From Planctomycetota bacterium (GTDB taxonomy: Bacteria; Planctomycetota; UBA1135; UBA2386), in the NCBI GenBank assembly GCA_046290465.1, contig JBKAGP010000001.1, positions 2,400,001 through 2,464,000 on the forward strand: a DNA stretch of 64,000 nucleotides, written 5' to 3'. Position numbers and translations under genes: made by a program. How positions within the stretch are numbered: position 1 is the first letter of the stretch; each line of letters begins with the position of its first letter. The notes beneath the pieces are model-generated. The model had not been told where the DNA came from and ran no database searches. It saw only the letters and a program-made list of their open reading frames with translations. Of the stretch, positions 19,614 to 29,808 are shown piece after piece.

Positions 19614-22100
19614 CTACTGCACCATCAACAGCGGCACCGCGTTGCTCGCGAAGCGCGGCTGCAGCGTCTGGTTGTCCGTCACCAGATACGCATGCGAGAA
19701 CTGCAACCCCAGCAGGCTCGCCAGCTGTGGCACGACCAACGTCGCGGTCGCCTCGCCGTTGGCGTCGAGCACGCCGATCGTGTTCTGCAGGATCACCGGG
19801 CTGAACACCGCCTGCGTCAGCGCGAACCACGGGTCGTTCTGGCTGTTGAGCGGCAGCAGCACGTTGCCGAACTGCGTGCCCGGCGCGGTGCCGGTCATCG
19901 AGCCGAGCAGCTGGTAGTTCTGGCCGGCCTCGTCGATGCCGGCGCGCAGCGTGAAGTCGACCTGGCCGATCTGCGCGACCGACGCCTGGTCGGTGCTGGC
20001 CTGCAGCGGGTCGCAGACGTCGAGCACGCCGTTGGCGTCGAAGTCGTCGGCGCCGTTGGCGAGTTCGCAGGTGTCGGGCTGGCCGTTGCCGTCGCAGTCG
20101 GCGACGTCGCCATAGCGAACGCGCAGGATCCGGCCGCCGACGGTGGTCGGGCCGTTGAGGCCGTTGTCGGCGTAGAGCTCGCTGAAGTAGAGGCCGTCCG
20201 GCCCCGCCGTCAGCGCGACCGCGGTGGCACGGCCGTCGCCGGTATACTCGACGAACGGCAGCGGCCCCTGCTGCAGGTTGCCGTTGAGGTCGAACACCCA
20301 CTCGGTGATCACCTTGCCGATCGCCTGCTCGCCCTCGGCGTAGGTCGCACCGCTCTCGGTGACGAACGCGTGGTCCTGCTTGTCCTGCGGGTAGCCGCTG
20401 CCGCCGAACGTCTGCGGCTGCACGAACGCGATGTTGACCGGCCCGGTCGACGGCGCCCAGTTGTGGATCGCGAAGTTCGACATGCTCTGGTCGGAGCCGT
20501 TCCAGCCGAAGTTGCGGCCGCCGACGAGCCGCGACAGGCGATCGACGTTGGGACCGTTCTCGACGCAGTAGCGCTCGCCGTCGGCCGCGCGGAAGGCGCC
20601 GCCGAACGGGTTGCGCACGCCGTAGCACCAGACGTAGTCTCGCGCGTCGACGGTGCCGCCGTTGTAGAACGGGTTGCTGGCCACCGGCGCGCCGTTGAGG
20701 TCGAGGCGCAGGATCTTGCCGCGATACGACGACAGGTTCTGGGCGGTGCCGCTGTTGAAGCCGTCGCCCATGTGGCAGTAGAGCAGGCCGTTGACGATCT
20801 CGAGGTTGGAGATCTGGTGCGACTGGCCCTGCGTCTCGCCCTGCATGTCGAGGATCACCTGGCTCGATGAGGCGCTCAGACCGCCGTTGCTCGACGAGTA
20901 ACGGGTGATGCGCGGATAGTTGTTGTTGCCGGTGCGCCACAGGTGCGACACGAACACGTCGCCGCTGACCGGATCGACCGCGATGCCGGCGAGGCCCTGC
21001 TCGCCGCTGCCCGGGAACGCGCCGGACGGGGTGTAGTTGATCACGTTGGTCGCGTAGTTGGCGACCAGGCCGCTGTTGGTGACGACCTTGATCGTGCCGT
21101 AGAGCTCGGTCACGTAGAACTTCGGCGCGGTCGGCAGGCTGCTCTGGTTGGGCGCGAACGCGATGTTGACCGGCAGCTGCAGCCCCTGCGCGACCACGTC
21201 GAGCGTGTAGCCGGCCTGCACCGGCTGCCACGGCACCGGCACGGTGCGCGCCAGCGACGAGAAGTCCGGCACGAACGAGGTCGGGTCGGCGTCGTAGGTC
21301 GAACCGTGCTCGCCGACCCAGTAGACGACCTGACCGTGCGCCGGCAGGTTGACCGCCGGCAGGTGGATCGAGAACGGCTCGCATTCGGTCTCGAAGCCGT
21401 GCAGGTCGGTCGGCGGCAGCACCAGCCCGTTGCTGCCGGCCTTGAACACGACGCGCACGGCGCGGTGCACCGGCAGCGGCGGCGGGTTGCTGACCTTGTT
21501 GCCGACGCCGGGGTCCCCCTCGATGCGCAGCAGCTGCCAGTGCGTGTCGGTCTCGACCCGCAGCATCGGCTGCGGCGCGCCAGTCGGCAGGTCGACCGCG
21601 TTGCCCTGCAGGTCCTCCCAGCGCGGCGCCGCGACGTGGTCGATGTCCTGCAGGAACAGCGCGTCCTTGACGCCGGCCGCCCCGGTCGCGAACGGGATCG
21701 ACGACCACGGGCTCCACTCGGTGGCCGGGTCGCCACTGTCGTCGCGGTGCCGCACGCGCAATTCGAACGAGGCGTCGGCGAACAGCCGCTGGAAGCCCAG
21801 GTGCGAGTTCTCGAACACGCCGTCGCCGAGGTGCGCGTGCACCTTCTCGAGGCCGGTGACGTTGTCGGCGACCCAGACCCGCTGGCTGGGCGTGACGGTC
21901 CAGATCTCCCACGTCGACGCGAGGTGCTGGTCACCCGGGTCAGGATCCGAGAACGGCGCACTCTCCATGTGCACGTCGCTCGGGTTGACGACCAGGTTGG
22001 CGACCGGCGGCTCGGTGAACGTCGGCGCGAGCGGTGCGGTGTTCTGCGCGGCGAGCGCGCAGGAGAGGGCCGCGAACGGCAGGTGGCGGAGCATCGTCAT
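19614..22100 (-). CDS. Secreted PQQ-dependent glucose/sorbosone dehydrogenase-family protein with shared C-terminal domain
   Basis: Start ATG 22100 (MTMLRHL...LAAQ). GEQGLAGIA, YRGKILR, YGVRNPFG, NFGW, DCDGNGQPD repeats. Confidence 0.88.
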   Translation of the reverse strand: MTMLRHLPFAALSCALAAQNTAPLAPTFTEPPVANLVVNPSDVHMESAPFSDPDPGDQHLASTWEIWTVTPSQRVWVADNVTGLEKVHAHLGDGVFENSHLGFQRLFADASFELRVRHRDDSGDPATEWSPWSSIPFATGAAGVKDALFLQDIDHVAAPRWEDLQGNAVDLPTGAPQPMLRVETDTHWQLLRIEGDPGVGNKVSNPPPLPVHRAVRVVFKAGSNGLVLPPTDLHGFETECEPFSIHLPAVNLPAHGQVVYWVGEHGSTYDADPTSFVPDFSSLARTVPVPWQPVQAGYTLDVVAQGLQLPVNIAFAPNQSSLPTAPKFYVTELYGTIKVVTNSGLVANYATNVINYTPSGAFPGSGEQGLAGIAVDPVSGDVFVSHLWRTGNNNYPRITRYSSSNGGLSASSSQVILDMQGETQGQSHQISNLEIVNGLLYCHMGDGFNSGTAQNLSSYRGKILRLDLNGAPVASNPFYNGGTVDARDYVWCYGVRNPFGGAFRAADGERYCVENGPNVDRLSRLVGGRNFGWNGSDQSMSNFAIHNWAPSTGPVNIAFVQPQTFGGSGYPQDKQDHAFVTESGATYAEGEQAIGKVITEWVFDLNGNLQQGPLPFVEYTGDGRATAVALTAGPDGLYFSELYADNGLNGPTTVGGRILRVRYGDVADCDGNGQPDTCELANGADDFDANGVLDVCDPLQASTDQASVAQIGQVDFTLRAGIDEAGQNYQLLGSMTGTAPGTQFGNVLLPLNSQNDPWFALTQAVFSPVILQNTIGVLDANGEATATLVVPQLASLLGLQFSHAYLVTDNQTLQPRFASNAVPLLMVQ

Positions 22101-22108
22101 CGCGGGTC

Positions 22109-23863
22109 TCAGTTTCCGATGGTGAAGGCGAGGGCGTCGCCGAGCACGAAGCCGCACGCGGCCGCGCTGAGTTCGACGTACTGGCCGACGACGACCTGGC
22201 CGCACAGCCCGGGCGTGCCCGGCATCGGCAGCGTGAAGGTCGCGCCGCCAGCGCCGTCGACGAGCGCCGGCAGCAGCACCGGGCTGAGCACGTGCACCGT
22301 GCCCGAGCAGGCCGGGAACACCGTCGACAGCGGCAGCGACGTCTGGCCGACCGACAGCGCCCACAGGCCGAACGGCGTGTTGGGCGTCGCGCCGGCGACG
22401 GTCCAGTCGAGGTCGCAGCCGAGCGCGCCGTTCGAGGTCGTCGAGATGGTCGGGCCGACGCCGCCGCCGAGCACCACCGCGCCGCCGGCGTTGGCGCAGG
22501 CCAGGCAGCCGGTGACGTTGGCAGCGAGCACCGCGCAAGCGCCGCTCTGGTTGGAGAAGTTGGAGAACGTGATGCCGGTCAGCACGAAGCCCTGCAGCGG
22601 CGACAGGTCGACCGTGCCGCGTTCGATCCGCAGGGGCAGCCCGGGCAGGGCGCGGTCGGCGTTGCCGGTGCCGGCGAAGCTGCCGCCGACCCAGTCGCCG
22701 CCGCGCAGCGTCGCGGTGATCGAACCACCCTGCAGCGAGAACGTCACGTCGAACGCGCCGCCGCCGTGCGTCATCTGGAACAAGAACTCGGCTTCCGAGG
22801 CCCCGTCCAGCAGGATCGGTGCAGCGAGCGTCGTCGTCTGCGGACCGGTCAGGTCGACGTTCGGCAGCCACGCCGGCTGCACGCCGAGGTCGTCGCCATC
22901 GGGCGTGGGATCGAACGCGAGCGAACCGCCGGCGAGCGTGTCGCGGTTGCCGATCATGACCAGGTCGAGCACGCCCGGCTGGTCGACCAGTTCGAAGCCG
23001 TCGAGCAGCGCGTTGCTCGGCACACCTCCCTGGAAATCGAGCGCGCGGTCGGCGACCGCACGGAAGCCGTTGGGTGCGTCGGGCTGCTGCGCCTCGCCGG
23101 CGTGCACCATGCCGTTCCAGTTGTAGTCGAGGGCAATCGCGTTGACGCGCTCGGGCAGCACGGCCGCCTCGACGTTGACCCCGTAGAAGCCGTAGCCGGC
23201 GTTCTGGTTGCTGCGGTTGGCGAACGTGACGCTGGTCATCGCCTCGCCCGCCTGGCCGCTGAGGTCGATGACGAACTCGACCAGGTTGAGGTTGGACCCG
23301 CTGTTGGCGCGGTCGACGCTGTCGCGGCCGGGGATCGAGCCCCCGAACCAGTCCGGCGCGGTGACCACGTGGGTGCTGCTCGCGCCACTCTGGTAGCCGA
23401 AGGTCACGTCGCACGAGCCGCCGCCGTTGCTGACGTGGAACAGCACGCTGGCCGTCGACGTCGCGCCGAGCGGGATCGGCGTCGCGATGGCCGTCGTCTG
23501 CGGCCCGGCCTGGTCGGGATTGCCGAGCCACGACGGCTGCACGCCGACGTCGTTGCCGTTGGCGAACGAATCGAACGCCCAGTTGCCGTTGTCGACCGTA
23601 TCGCGGTTGCCAAGGTGCACCATGTCGAGCACGCCAGCGGTCTCGACCAACGCGAAGCGCTGCAGCACCGCGCTCGCCGGCACGCCGTTGGTGAAGTCGA
23701 GCGCGCGGTCGCTGATCGAACGGAAGCCGTTCGGCGCGTCGGGGCTGCCCGCCTCGCCGCTGTGGGCGATGCCGTTGAAGTTGTAGTGCAACGGCACCTG
23801 CACGGTGTTCTGGGCGGCGAGCGCGCCGGCCAGCGCGAACGAGACGAACAGGATCCTCGGCAT
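22109..23863 (-). CDS. Secreted hypothetical protein with two ~210-aa repeats and shared C-terminal domain
   Basis: Signal peptide ending LAAQ. YN[F/W]NG..H.GE...DRALDF...GNRDT occurs twice. Confidence 0.88.
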   Translation of the reverse strand: MPRILFVSFALAGALAAQNTVQVPLHYNFNGIAHSGEAGSPDAPNGFRSISDRALDFTNGVPASAVLQRFALVETAGVLDMVHLGNRDTVDNGNWAFDSFANGNDVGVQPSWLGNPDQAGPQTTAIATPIPLGATSTASVLFHVSNGGGSCDVTFGYQSGASSTHVVTAPDWFGGSIPGRDSVDRANSGSNLNLVEFVIDLSGQAGEAMTSVTFANRSNQNAGYGFYGVNVEAAVLPERVNAIALDYNWNGMVHAGEAQQPDAPNGFRAVADRALDFQGGVPSNALLDGFELVDQPGVLDLVMIGNRDTLAGGSLAFDPTPDGDDLGVQPAWLPNVDLTGPQTTTLAAPILLDGASEAEFLFQMTHGGGAFDVTFSLQGGSITATLRGGDWVGGSFAGTGNADRALPGLPLRIERGTVDLSPLQGFVLTGITFSNFSNQSGACAVLAANVTGCLACANAGGAVVLGGGVGPTISTTSNGALGCDLDWTVAGATPNTPFGLWALSVGQTSLPLSTVFPACSGTVHVLSPVLLPALVDGAGGATFTLPMPGTPGLCGQVVVGQYVELSAAACGFVLGDALAFTIGN

Positions 23864-23878
23864 GGGTCTCGCGGGGTT

Positions 23879-25309
23879 CTAGAAACCGAACATCAGCTGC
23901 TGGCCGTTGCTCGACGCCAGGCCGAGCGAGGTCAGCGTCGAGAACGCGACGCCCTGCGCCGACACCATCTGGCCGGCGAGGTTGGGGTCGGCGGGCAGCG
24001 GCAGCGCGAACGCGCCGGCACCGGCGGCAAGCGGCCCGGTGAGGTAGAGGCCGAGGTCGAGGTTGGTGTAGCCGAAGCAGCCGGCCATGCCGACCGCGGT
24101 CAGGTCGATGCCCGGGTTGACGACCTGCGTGCCGAACCCGACCAGCGCGGCCGGCGACGCCGCCGGCACGCCCGAGACGACCAGTTCGAAGCCGGCGTTG
24201 CCGATCGACGGCGCGCCGTTGGTCGCGAGCAGCAGGTTGTCGCAGCCGATGCCGTAGCCGCTGGCGTTGGCGAGTCCGCCGAAGTCGACCAGGAACGCCT
24301 GGATGCCCTGGTTGGTGCTCATCGCGTAGAGGATCGCCGTGCTGCCGGCCACCGCCCCCCACTGCACCGAACCGACGCCGTTGACGTTGCCCGGCAGCGC
24401 ACCGACCGTGTTGTTGGCGGTCGCCAGCTGCACCGGCGCGGCCGGGTCGGTGACGTCGAAGACGAGCACGTCCGACGAGTTGGTGTCGACCACGGCGAGC
24501 ACCGGCGTGTTGCCGATCACGGTGTAGTCGAGCGGCCGGCGGGCGGTGCCGCCGAGCGGGATCGACCCCGACACCGTCGCGATGCCGCCGGGCGTGAAGT
24601 CGGTCTGGCGCGCCAGGCCGCCCTGGTTGCCGATCAGCGTGTCGCCGTCGACGAACGACAGCGACAGGCGGTAGTCGTTGGACGCGCTGCCGGTGCCGGG
24701 CACCGACAGGTAGGCGGTCGCGAGGTTGGTGCCGTCGAGCGGGCCGACGACGAAGTTGCTGGCCTGCACGTTGTTGGTGCCGGCGGCGGCGAACGTCACC
24801 GGCGTCGGGCCGACGCCGCCGGTCACCGCGAACGCGTCGCCGGTGCGGGTGACGCCGGTGATCGCGGTGTAGGCGACGGTCGGCGGAGTCGTGAAGCCGG
24901 TCGCCTCCGAATCCCACTTGTAGACCGTGAACGGCGCCGTCGCCGACGTGCTCAGGTTGGCGACGTAGATCGAACCGTCGTCGGCGCAGCCGGCCATGTT
25001 GACCAGGAACGTGCCGCCGCTGAAGCCGGTGTTGTCGAGGCCGCCGAGGTCGGTGCCCGACGCGCCGTCGAGCACGCGGATGTTGTTGGACACGCCAGCG
25101 ACGTTCTGTCGCGCGACCAGCACCAGGTTGCCGGTCAGCGGGTTGTAGGCAAAGCCACGCTCGGTGTTGGCGGTGCTGAGGTACGGCGTGCTGCCGGGGG
25201 CGAGCCAGCCGTTGCTGCCGAACGTGGTCAGCGGGGTCATCGAGACCTGGGCGGCGGCGGACGCGGTGACGGCCAGCGTCGCCGCGGTGGCGAGAAGGGT
25301 GGTGCGCAT
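23879..25309 (-). CDS. Secreted DUF4623-like (beta-propeller) protein with shared C-terminal domain
   Basis: Start ATG 25309. ERGFAYNP.TGNL, DDGSIYVANL, FTVYKW, YAMSTNQGIQAF. Confidence 0.8.
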   Translation of the reverse strand: MRTTLLATAATLAVTASAAAQVSMTPLTTFGSNGWLAPGSTPYLSTANTERGFAYNPLTGNLVLVARQNVAGVSNNIRVLDGASGTDLGGLDNTGFSGGTFLVNMAGCADDGSIYVANLSTSATAPFTVYKWDSEATGFTTPPTVAYTAITGVTRTGDAFAVTGGVGPTPVTFAAAGTNNVQASNFVVGPLDGTNLATAYLSVPGTGSASNDYRLSLSFVDGDTLIGNQGGLARQTDFTPGGIATVSGSIPLGGTARRPLDYTVIGNTPVLAVVDTNSSDVLVFDVTDPAAPVQLATANNTVGALPGNVNGVGSVQWGAVAGSTAILYAMSTNQGIQAFLVDFGGLANASGYGIGCDNLLLATNGAPSIGNAGFELVVSGVPAASPAALVGFGTQVVNPGIDLTAVGMAGCFGYTNLDLGLYLTGPLAAGAGAFALPLPADPNLAGQMVSAQGVAFSTLTSLGLASSNGQQLMFGF

Positions 25310-25503
25310 CGGAGTTCTTCGGATGGGATTGCAGGTAGGAAGCCGCCACACAATGCGCGCTGTCGCACCGGGATCCAGGCACCGTGCGTGAATGTCACAA
25401 TCGGATGCGCGGTGCCGCATCCGACCCGGAGTCGCCGCACTTTGCCGCGCTGCAGATGCACGACGAACTGCTACCTTCGCGGCGTCTTCGACCCAACCAC
25501 TTC

Positions 25504-27270
25504 ATGAACCGCTCCATCCTCGCTTCGGCCGCCCTGCTCGGCCTCTCCGGCGCCGCGTTCGCGCAGGCGATCCCGGTCCCGCTCGCCTACAACTTCAACG
25601 GCATCGTGCACGCCGGGGAGGCCGGCCTGCCCGACGACCCCAACGGCTACCGCTCGATCAGCGACCGCGGCCTCGACTTCACGCTCGGGGTGCCGAACGA
25701 CACGCTGCTCAACGCCTACCAGCTGATCGGCAGCGCCGGCGCGCTCGACATCGTGCACCTCGGCAACCGCGACACCGTCGACGGCGGCAACCGCGCGTTC
25801 CAGGCGACGGCCAACGGCGACGACATCGGCATCCAGCCGGCGTGGCTGCTCACCGTCGACCAGTCGACGCCGCAGACGACCGTGCTGCAGACGCCGCTGC
25901 CGATCACCAACACGACGTCGGTCGCGTTCCTCTACCAGATCAGCAACGGCGGCGGCGCGTTCGACGTGACCTTCACGTTCTTGAGCACCAACACGCACAC
26001 CGCGACGCTGAGCGGCGGCGACTGGTTCGGCGGCACCTACGCCGGCACGGCCAACACCGACAACGGCTTCGGCGGCAACAACCTGTCGATCACCGAAGGT
26101 CGCATCGACATGTCGGCGTTCGACGGCGAGGTCGTCAGCGAGATCGCGTTCTCGAACCGCAGCAACCAGAACGCCGGCTACGCGATCCTGGCCTGCAACT
26201 TCGAGTACCCGCTGCCGCCGTCGCGCGTGAACCAGATTCCGCTGAACTACAACTTCAACGGCGTCGTGCACGCCGGCGAGTCGGGCAACCCCGACGACCT
26301 GGTCGGCTTCCGCGCGATCAGCGACCGGGCGCTCGACTTCTCCAACGGCATCCCGGCCGACCCGCTGCTCGCCGAATACCAGCTCGTCGACCAGCCGCTG
26401 GCGCTCGACATGGTGCACCTCGGCAACCGCGACACCGTCGACGGCGGCGCGCGACCGTTCGACGCGGTCGCCAACGGCGACGACTTCGGCGTGCAGCCGG
26501 CGTGGCTGCTGAACGTCGACCAGACCGGGCCGCAGACGACGACGCTGGCCGACGCGATCCGCATGGACGCGACCTCGTCGGCGAGCGTGCTGTTCCAGAT
26601 CAGTAACGGCGGCGGCGCCTTCGACGTCGAGTTCACGTTTGCCAGCGGTGCGCCCGTGGTCGCGACGATCTCGGGGCCGGACTGGTTCGGCGGCACGCTG
26701 CCGGGCACCGGCAACACCGACAACGGCCTGCCCAGCGCCAACCTCTCGCTGACCGAACGCACCATCGACCTGTCGGCGCAGACCGGCCGCGTGCTGACGG
26801 CGGTGACGTTCCTCAACCGCACCAACCTCAACGCCGGCTACGCGGTGCTCGGCCTCAACGTCGTCGGCTGCATCGAGTGCGCCAACGGCGCGAGCGCGGT
26901 GATCACCAACCTCGGCGGCGGCACCAGCGGTTCGATCTCGACGGCCAGCACCGGCAACCTCGGTTGCGACCTCGACTGGACCGTGTCGGGCGGCACGCCC
27001 AACGCGTTCGGCCTGTGGGCGCTCGGTGAGGGCACGACCGCGGCCCCGCTGTCGCTGATCACCCCCGGCTGCCCGGGCACGATCCACACGCCCAACCCGA
27101 TCCTGATCACCTCGCCGCTCGACGCGCTCGGCGCCAGCACGTTCGTGCTGCCGCTGCCGCCGGACCAGGCGCTGTGCGGCTACCAGGTGACCGGCCAATA
27201 CGTCACGCTGGCGCCCGGCCCGTGCTTCCTGGTGCTCAGCGACGCCCTCGCGATCACGATCGGCAACTGA
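25504..27270 (+). CDS. Secreted hypothetical protein, paralog of 22109..23863
   Basis: Same duplicated domain and near-identical end (DALAITIGN). Start ATG 25504. Confidence 0.88.
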   Translation: MNRSILASAALLGLSGAAFAQAIPVPLAYNFNGIVHAGEAGLPDDPNGYRSISDRGLDFTLGVPNDTLLNAYQLIGSAGALDIVHLGNRDTVDGGNRAFQATANGDDIGIQPAWLLTVDQSTPQTTVLQTPLPITNTTSVAFLYQISNGGGAFDVTFTFLSTNTHTATLSGGDWFGGTYAGTANTDNGFGGNNLSITEGRIDMSAFDGEVVSEIAFSNRSNQNAGYAILACNFEYPLPPSRVNQIPLNYNFNGVVHAGESGNPDDLVGFRAISDRALDFSNGIPADPLLAEYQLVDQPLALDMVHLGNRDTVDGGARPFDAVANGDDFGVQPAWLLNVDQTGPQTTTLADAIRMDATSSASVLFQISNGGGAFDVEFTFASGAPVVATISGPDWFGGTLPGTGNTDNGLPSANLSLTERTIDLSAQTGRVLTAVTFLNRTNLNAGYAVLGLNVVGCIECANGASAVITNLGGGTSGSISTASTGNLGCDLDWTVSGGTPNAFGLWALGEGTTAAPLSLITPGCPGTIHTPNPILITSPLDALGASTFVLPLPPDQALCGYQVTGQYVTLAPGPCFLVLSDALAITIGN

Positions 27271-27283
27271 CCGCGCCCGGACG

Positions 27284-27314
27284 CCGCATACCGAACCGGG
27301 TTCAGGATGCGGCA
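27284..27314 (+). repeat. 31-bp intergenic element, copy A
   Basis: ccgcataccgaaccgggttcaggatgcggca; 27/31 identical to the reverse complement of 27859..27889. Confidence 0.8.
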
Positions 27315-27349
27315 TCTACGGCGCCGCGGCCGCTCGCGTTCGTGGGGCT

Positions 27350-27820
27350 TCAGGTCTCCCAGACCAGATACTTGTAGCCCCACGCCGCCCACAGCAGCAG
27401 GAACATCGCGGCCACGATCTTCCAGAACGGCAGCCGCACCAGCGCGTCGACGAACGAGCGGCCGCGCAGCAGGCACAGCAGCGCGTGCACGCCGGCGACC
27501 AGGCCGAACAGCGCGATCGCGGCGCCGAACGGCTGCGTGACGAACGCGCCGACCAGGTCGCCGTGCACCACCTGGCACGCCGCGGTCGTGCAGCCGCAGG
27601 TCGGGCACGGAATGCCGTAGACCTTCGGCCAGCCGCACTCGGCCATGCCGAACGCCTCGTGCGTTCCGTGGCCGCGCGGATCGGGCGGGACCCCGCCCAG
27701 CTTCCAGGTCATCACGATCGCGACCCCGGCGACGACCGCCGCGGTGATGCGATCGGTCACCACCGACACCGGCCCGTCGGCGACAGGAATCGTCCAGGCG
27801 GGCTTCGGGGCGACGGGCAT
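27350..27820 (-). CDS. DUF2752-family membrane protein
   Basis: HGTHE..G...C......IPCPTCGCTT, AF..QPFG, TM helices. Confidence 0.85.
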   Translation of the reverse strand: MPVAPKPAWTIPVADGPVSVVTDRITAAVVAGVAIVMTWKLGGVPPDPRGHGTHEAFGMAECGWPKVYGIPCPTCGCTTAACQVVHGDLVGAFVTQPFGAAIALFGLVAGVHALLCLLRGRSFVDALVRLPFWKIVAAMFLLLWAAWGYKYLVWET

Positions 27821-27858
27821 CGCCCGCAGGATCGGCCCTGGCCGCGCCAGCCGCAAGG

Positions 27859-27889
27859 TGGCGCAACATGAACCCGGTTCAGTATGCGG
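27859..27889 (-). repeat. 31-bp intergenic element, copy B
   Basis: Reverse complement reads ccgcatactgaaccgggttcatgttgcgcca. Confidence 0.8.
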
Positions 27890-27899
27890 TGTTTGGGGG

Positions 27900-28436
27900 T
27901 TAGCCGAAGTCGTAGACGTAGGCCATGCGGTCCTTGCGCAGGATCGCGTAGTCGAGGGAGCCGAGGATCTTGAGTTCGGGGTGCTTCAGGTCGAGGCCGC
28001 GAACGGTCGGGGCCTGCATGATGAAGTACTTGCGGCCGGTCAGCGGGTTGGACTCGTAGGCGCCCGGTTCGATCTGGCCGCCGACCTCGAACTGCACCGA
28101 GCCGTTGTAGAACGCGCGGATGCGGTTGCGCTTGTCGTTGCCCGCCAGCCGGCGCAGGGTGTCGTCGCCGGCGACGTCGACCAGTTCGTGCGCCAGGATC
28201 AGCTCCCGCGTGTTGACCATCACGGTCGGCGTCTTGATGACCTCGTTGTTGCGCAGCGACACCAGCGTCGCGTCGTGCACCGCCAGGTAGCTGCGCTGGT
28301 AGTCCTCGAGCACGTTCGACAGCCGCTTGGTCTTGTTCTGCAGGCGCCCCTTGATCAGGAACACGTCGGTCAGGAACAGGTCCTCGACGAACACCGGCGA
28401 GGCGGTGCCGCCGCTCTGATCAGGATTCTCGTTCAT
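27900..28436 (-). CDS. Conserved hypothetical protein (DUF6812-like, internally duplicated)
   Basis: Start ATG 28436. IKGRL...RLSNVL...YLAVHDA...VN...I; typical codon usage. Confidence 0.7.
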   Translation of the reverse strand: MNENPDQSGGTASPVFVEDLFLTDVFLIKGRLQNKTKRLSNVLEDYQRSYLAVHDATLVSLRNNEVIKTPTVMVNTRELILAHELVDVAGDDTLRRLAGNDKRNRIRAFYNGSVQFEVGGQIEPGAYESNPLTGRKYFIMQAPTVRGLDLKHPELKILGSLDYAILRKDRMAYVYDFG

Positions 28437-29727
28437 GCTGTGGGCGCGGGTCGTTGCCGTCGACGAGCCGTCGCACGGCTCCGGCGAGGTAGAACGAACC
28501 GACGACCAGCCGCGGCCCAGGTCGATCGCGCAGCGTGCGCAACCCCGAGACGACGTCCGGCGCCACTTCGCTCCGCGCGCCGCGCTCGGCGAGCCACCCC
28601 GCGATCGTCGCGGGATCCTCGCCGGGCGTGCCCGACAGTTCGGTGACAACGAAGCTATCGGCAACGGGCAGCAGCGCACTCAAGCCTTCCCGCCAGCGTT
28701 TGCCGGCCGCCGCGGCGGTCAGCACGGCCGGCCGCAGCCCCGGATAGCGGCGGGCGAGCTCGTCGGCGACGGCCCGCAGCGAGTCCACGGTGTGCGCGCC
28801 GTCGAGCACCAGCACCTGCCCGTCGGCCTCGACGAACACCTCGAACCGGCACGCGAGCTGCGGCGTCGGCACCGGATCGAGCACCAGCGGCAGGTCGGGC
28901 AGCACGCGGTGGAGCGTCGCCGCCGCCAGCGCCAGCGCCGGCAGCGCGAACGCGCTCGCGTCCGGCAGCACGAACGGCTGGCAGCTGCCGTCCGGCAGCC
29001 ACAGTTCGCCGCGCGCCGCATCGGCCCGGTGCGACAGCCCGCGCAGCCCGAAGTGCTCACCGAGGACCAGCAGTTCGGCGTCGACCGCGCGCGCGTGCGC
29101 TCGCACGACCTCGAGCGCGTCGCCGGTCGTGCCGGTCAGGCCGAGCCCGCCCGGCCGGATCACCGGCGCCTTCTCGCCGGCGATCTTCGCGATCGTGTCG
29201 CCCAGCACCTCGGTGTGCTCGAGTTCGATGCGCGTCACGATCGCGGCGTCGACCGCGACGGCCGTGGTCGCGTCGTGGCGGCCACCGAGGCCGACCTCGT
29301 AGATCGCGAGGTCGACGCCGCTCTGCGCGAACCACTCGACCGCCGCCGCCGTCATTGCCTCGAAGAACGTCGGCGGCCGCGCGGCGTCGACCGCCAGCAG
29401 CGCCGTCAGCAGCCGTTCGAGCGCCTCGACCGGCACCGGTTCGCCGGCGACGCGGATCCGTTCGCGCAGCGTCACCACGTGCGGCGAGCTGTAGCTGCCC
29501 GCTCGGCGGCCGGCGGCGCCGACCAGCGCCTCGCAGAACGCGGCGGTCGTGCCCTTGCCCTTGCTGCCGGCGACCTGCACCGCCGGACGCGCGGGACCGG
29601 ATGCATCGTCGCGACGTAGCAGGCGCTGGATCGCCGCGAGATCCCACTCGCGCTGGTCCGGCCGCAGCCGTTCGTAGTCGACCATGCGGTCGAGCAGAGG
29701 TCGCAGACGTTCGGCGGCAGGATCCAC
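28420..29727 (-). CDS. folC: Folylpolyglutamate synthase/dihydrofolate synthase
   Basis: VAGSKGKGTT, YSSPH, RERI, TFFE, EVGLGG..DAT, LDGAHT, GSFYLAG. GTG 29727 with AGGAG RBS. Confidence 0.93.
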   Translation of the reverse strand: MDPAAERLRPLLDRMVDYERLRPDQREWDLAAIQRLLRRDDASGPARPAVQVAGSKGKGTTAAFCEALVGAAGRRAGSYSSPHVVTLRERIRVAGEPVPVEALERLLTALLAVDAARPPTFFEAMTAAAVEWFAQSGVDLAIYEVGLGGRHDATTAVAVDAAIVTRIELEHTEVLGDTIAKIAGEKAPVIRPGGLGLTGTTGDALEVVRAHARAVDAELLVLGEHFGLRGLSHRADAARGELWLPDGSCQPFVLPDASAFALPALALAAATLHRVLPDLPLVLDPVPTPQLACRFEVFVEADGQVLVLDGAHTVDSLRAVADELARRYPGLRPAVLTAAAAGKRWREGLSALLPVADSFVVTELSGTPGEDPATIAGWLAERGARSEVAPDVVSGLRTLRDRPGPRLVVGSFYLAGAVRRLVDGNDPRPQHERES

Positions 29728-29808
29728 GTGAGGCTTTTCTCCTGCGCCCCCTGGGCGCACGGACGACGAAGCGCAACACTACCGACTGGCCCCCCACCCT
29801 GGAAACGC

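Noticed and set aside
19614..25382. 1922-aa ORF as one giant protein
   Set aside because: Only 19614..22100 is protein-like and has its own signal peptide; the upstream part is an off-frame read of two other genes.
27284..27889. IS element defined by inverted repeats
   Set aside because: No transposase and no evident target-site duplication; kept only as a repeat pair.
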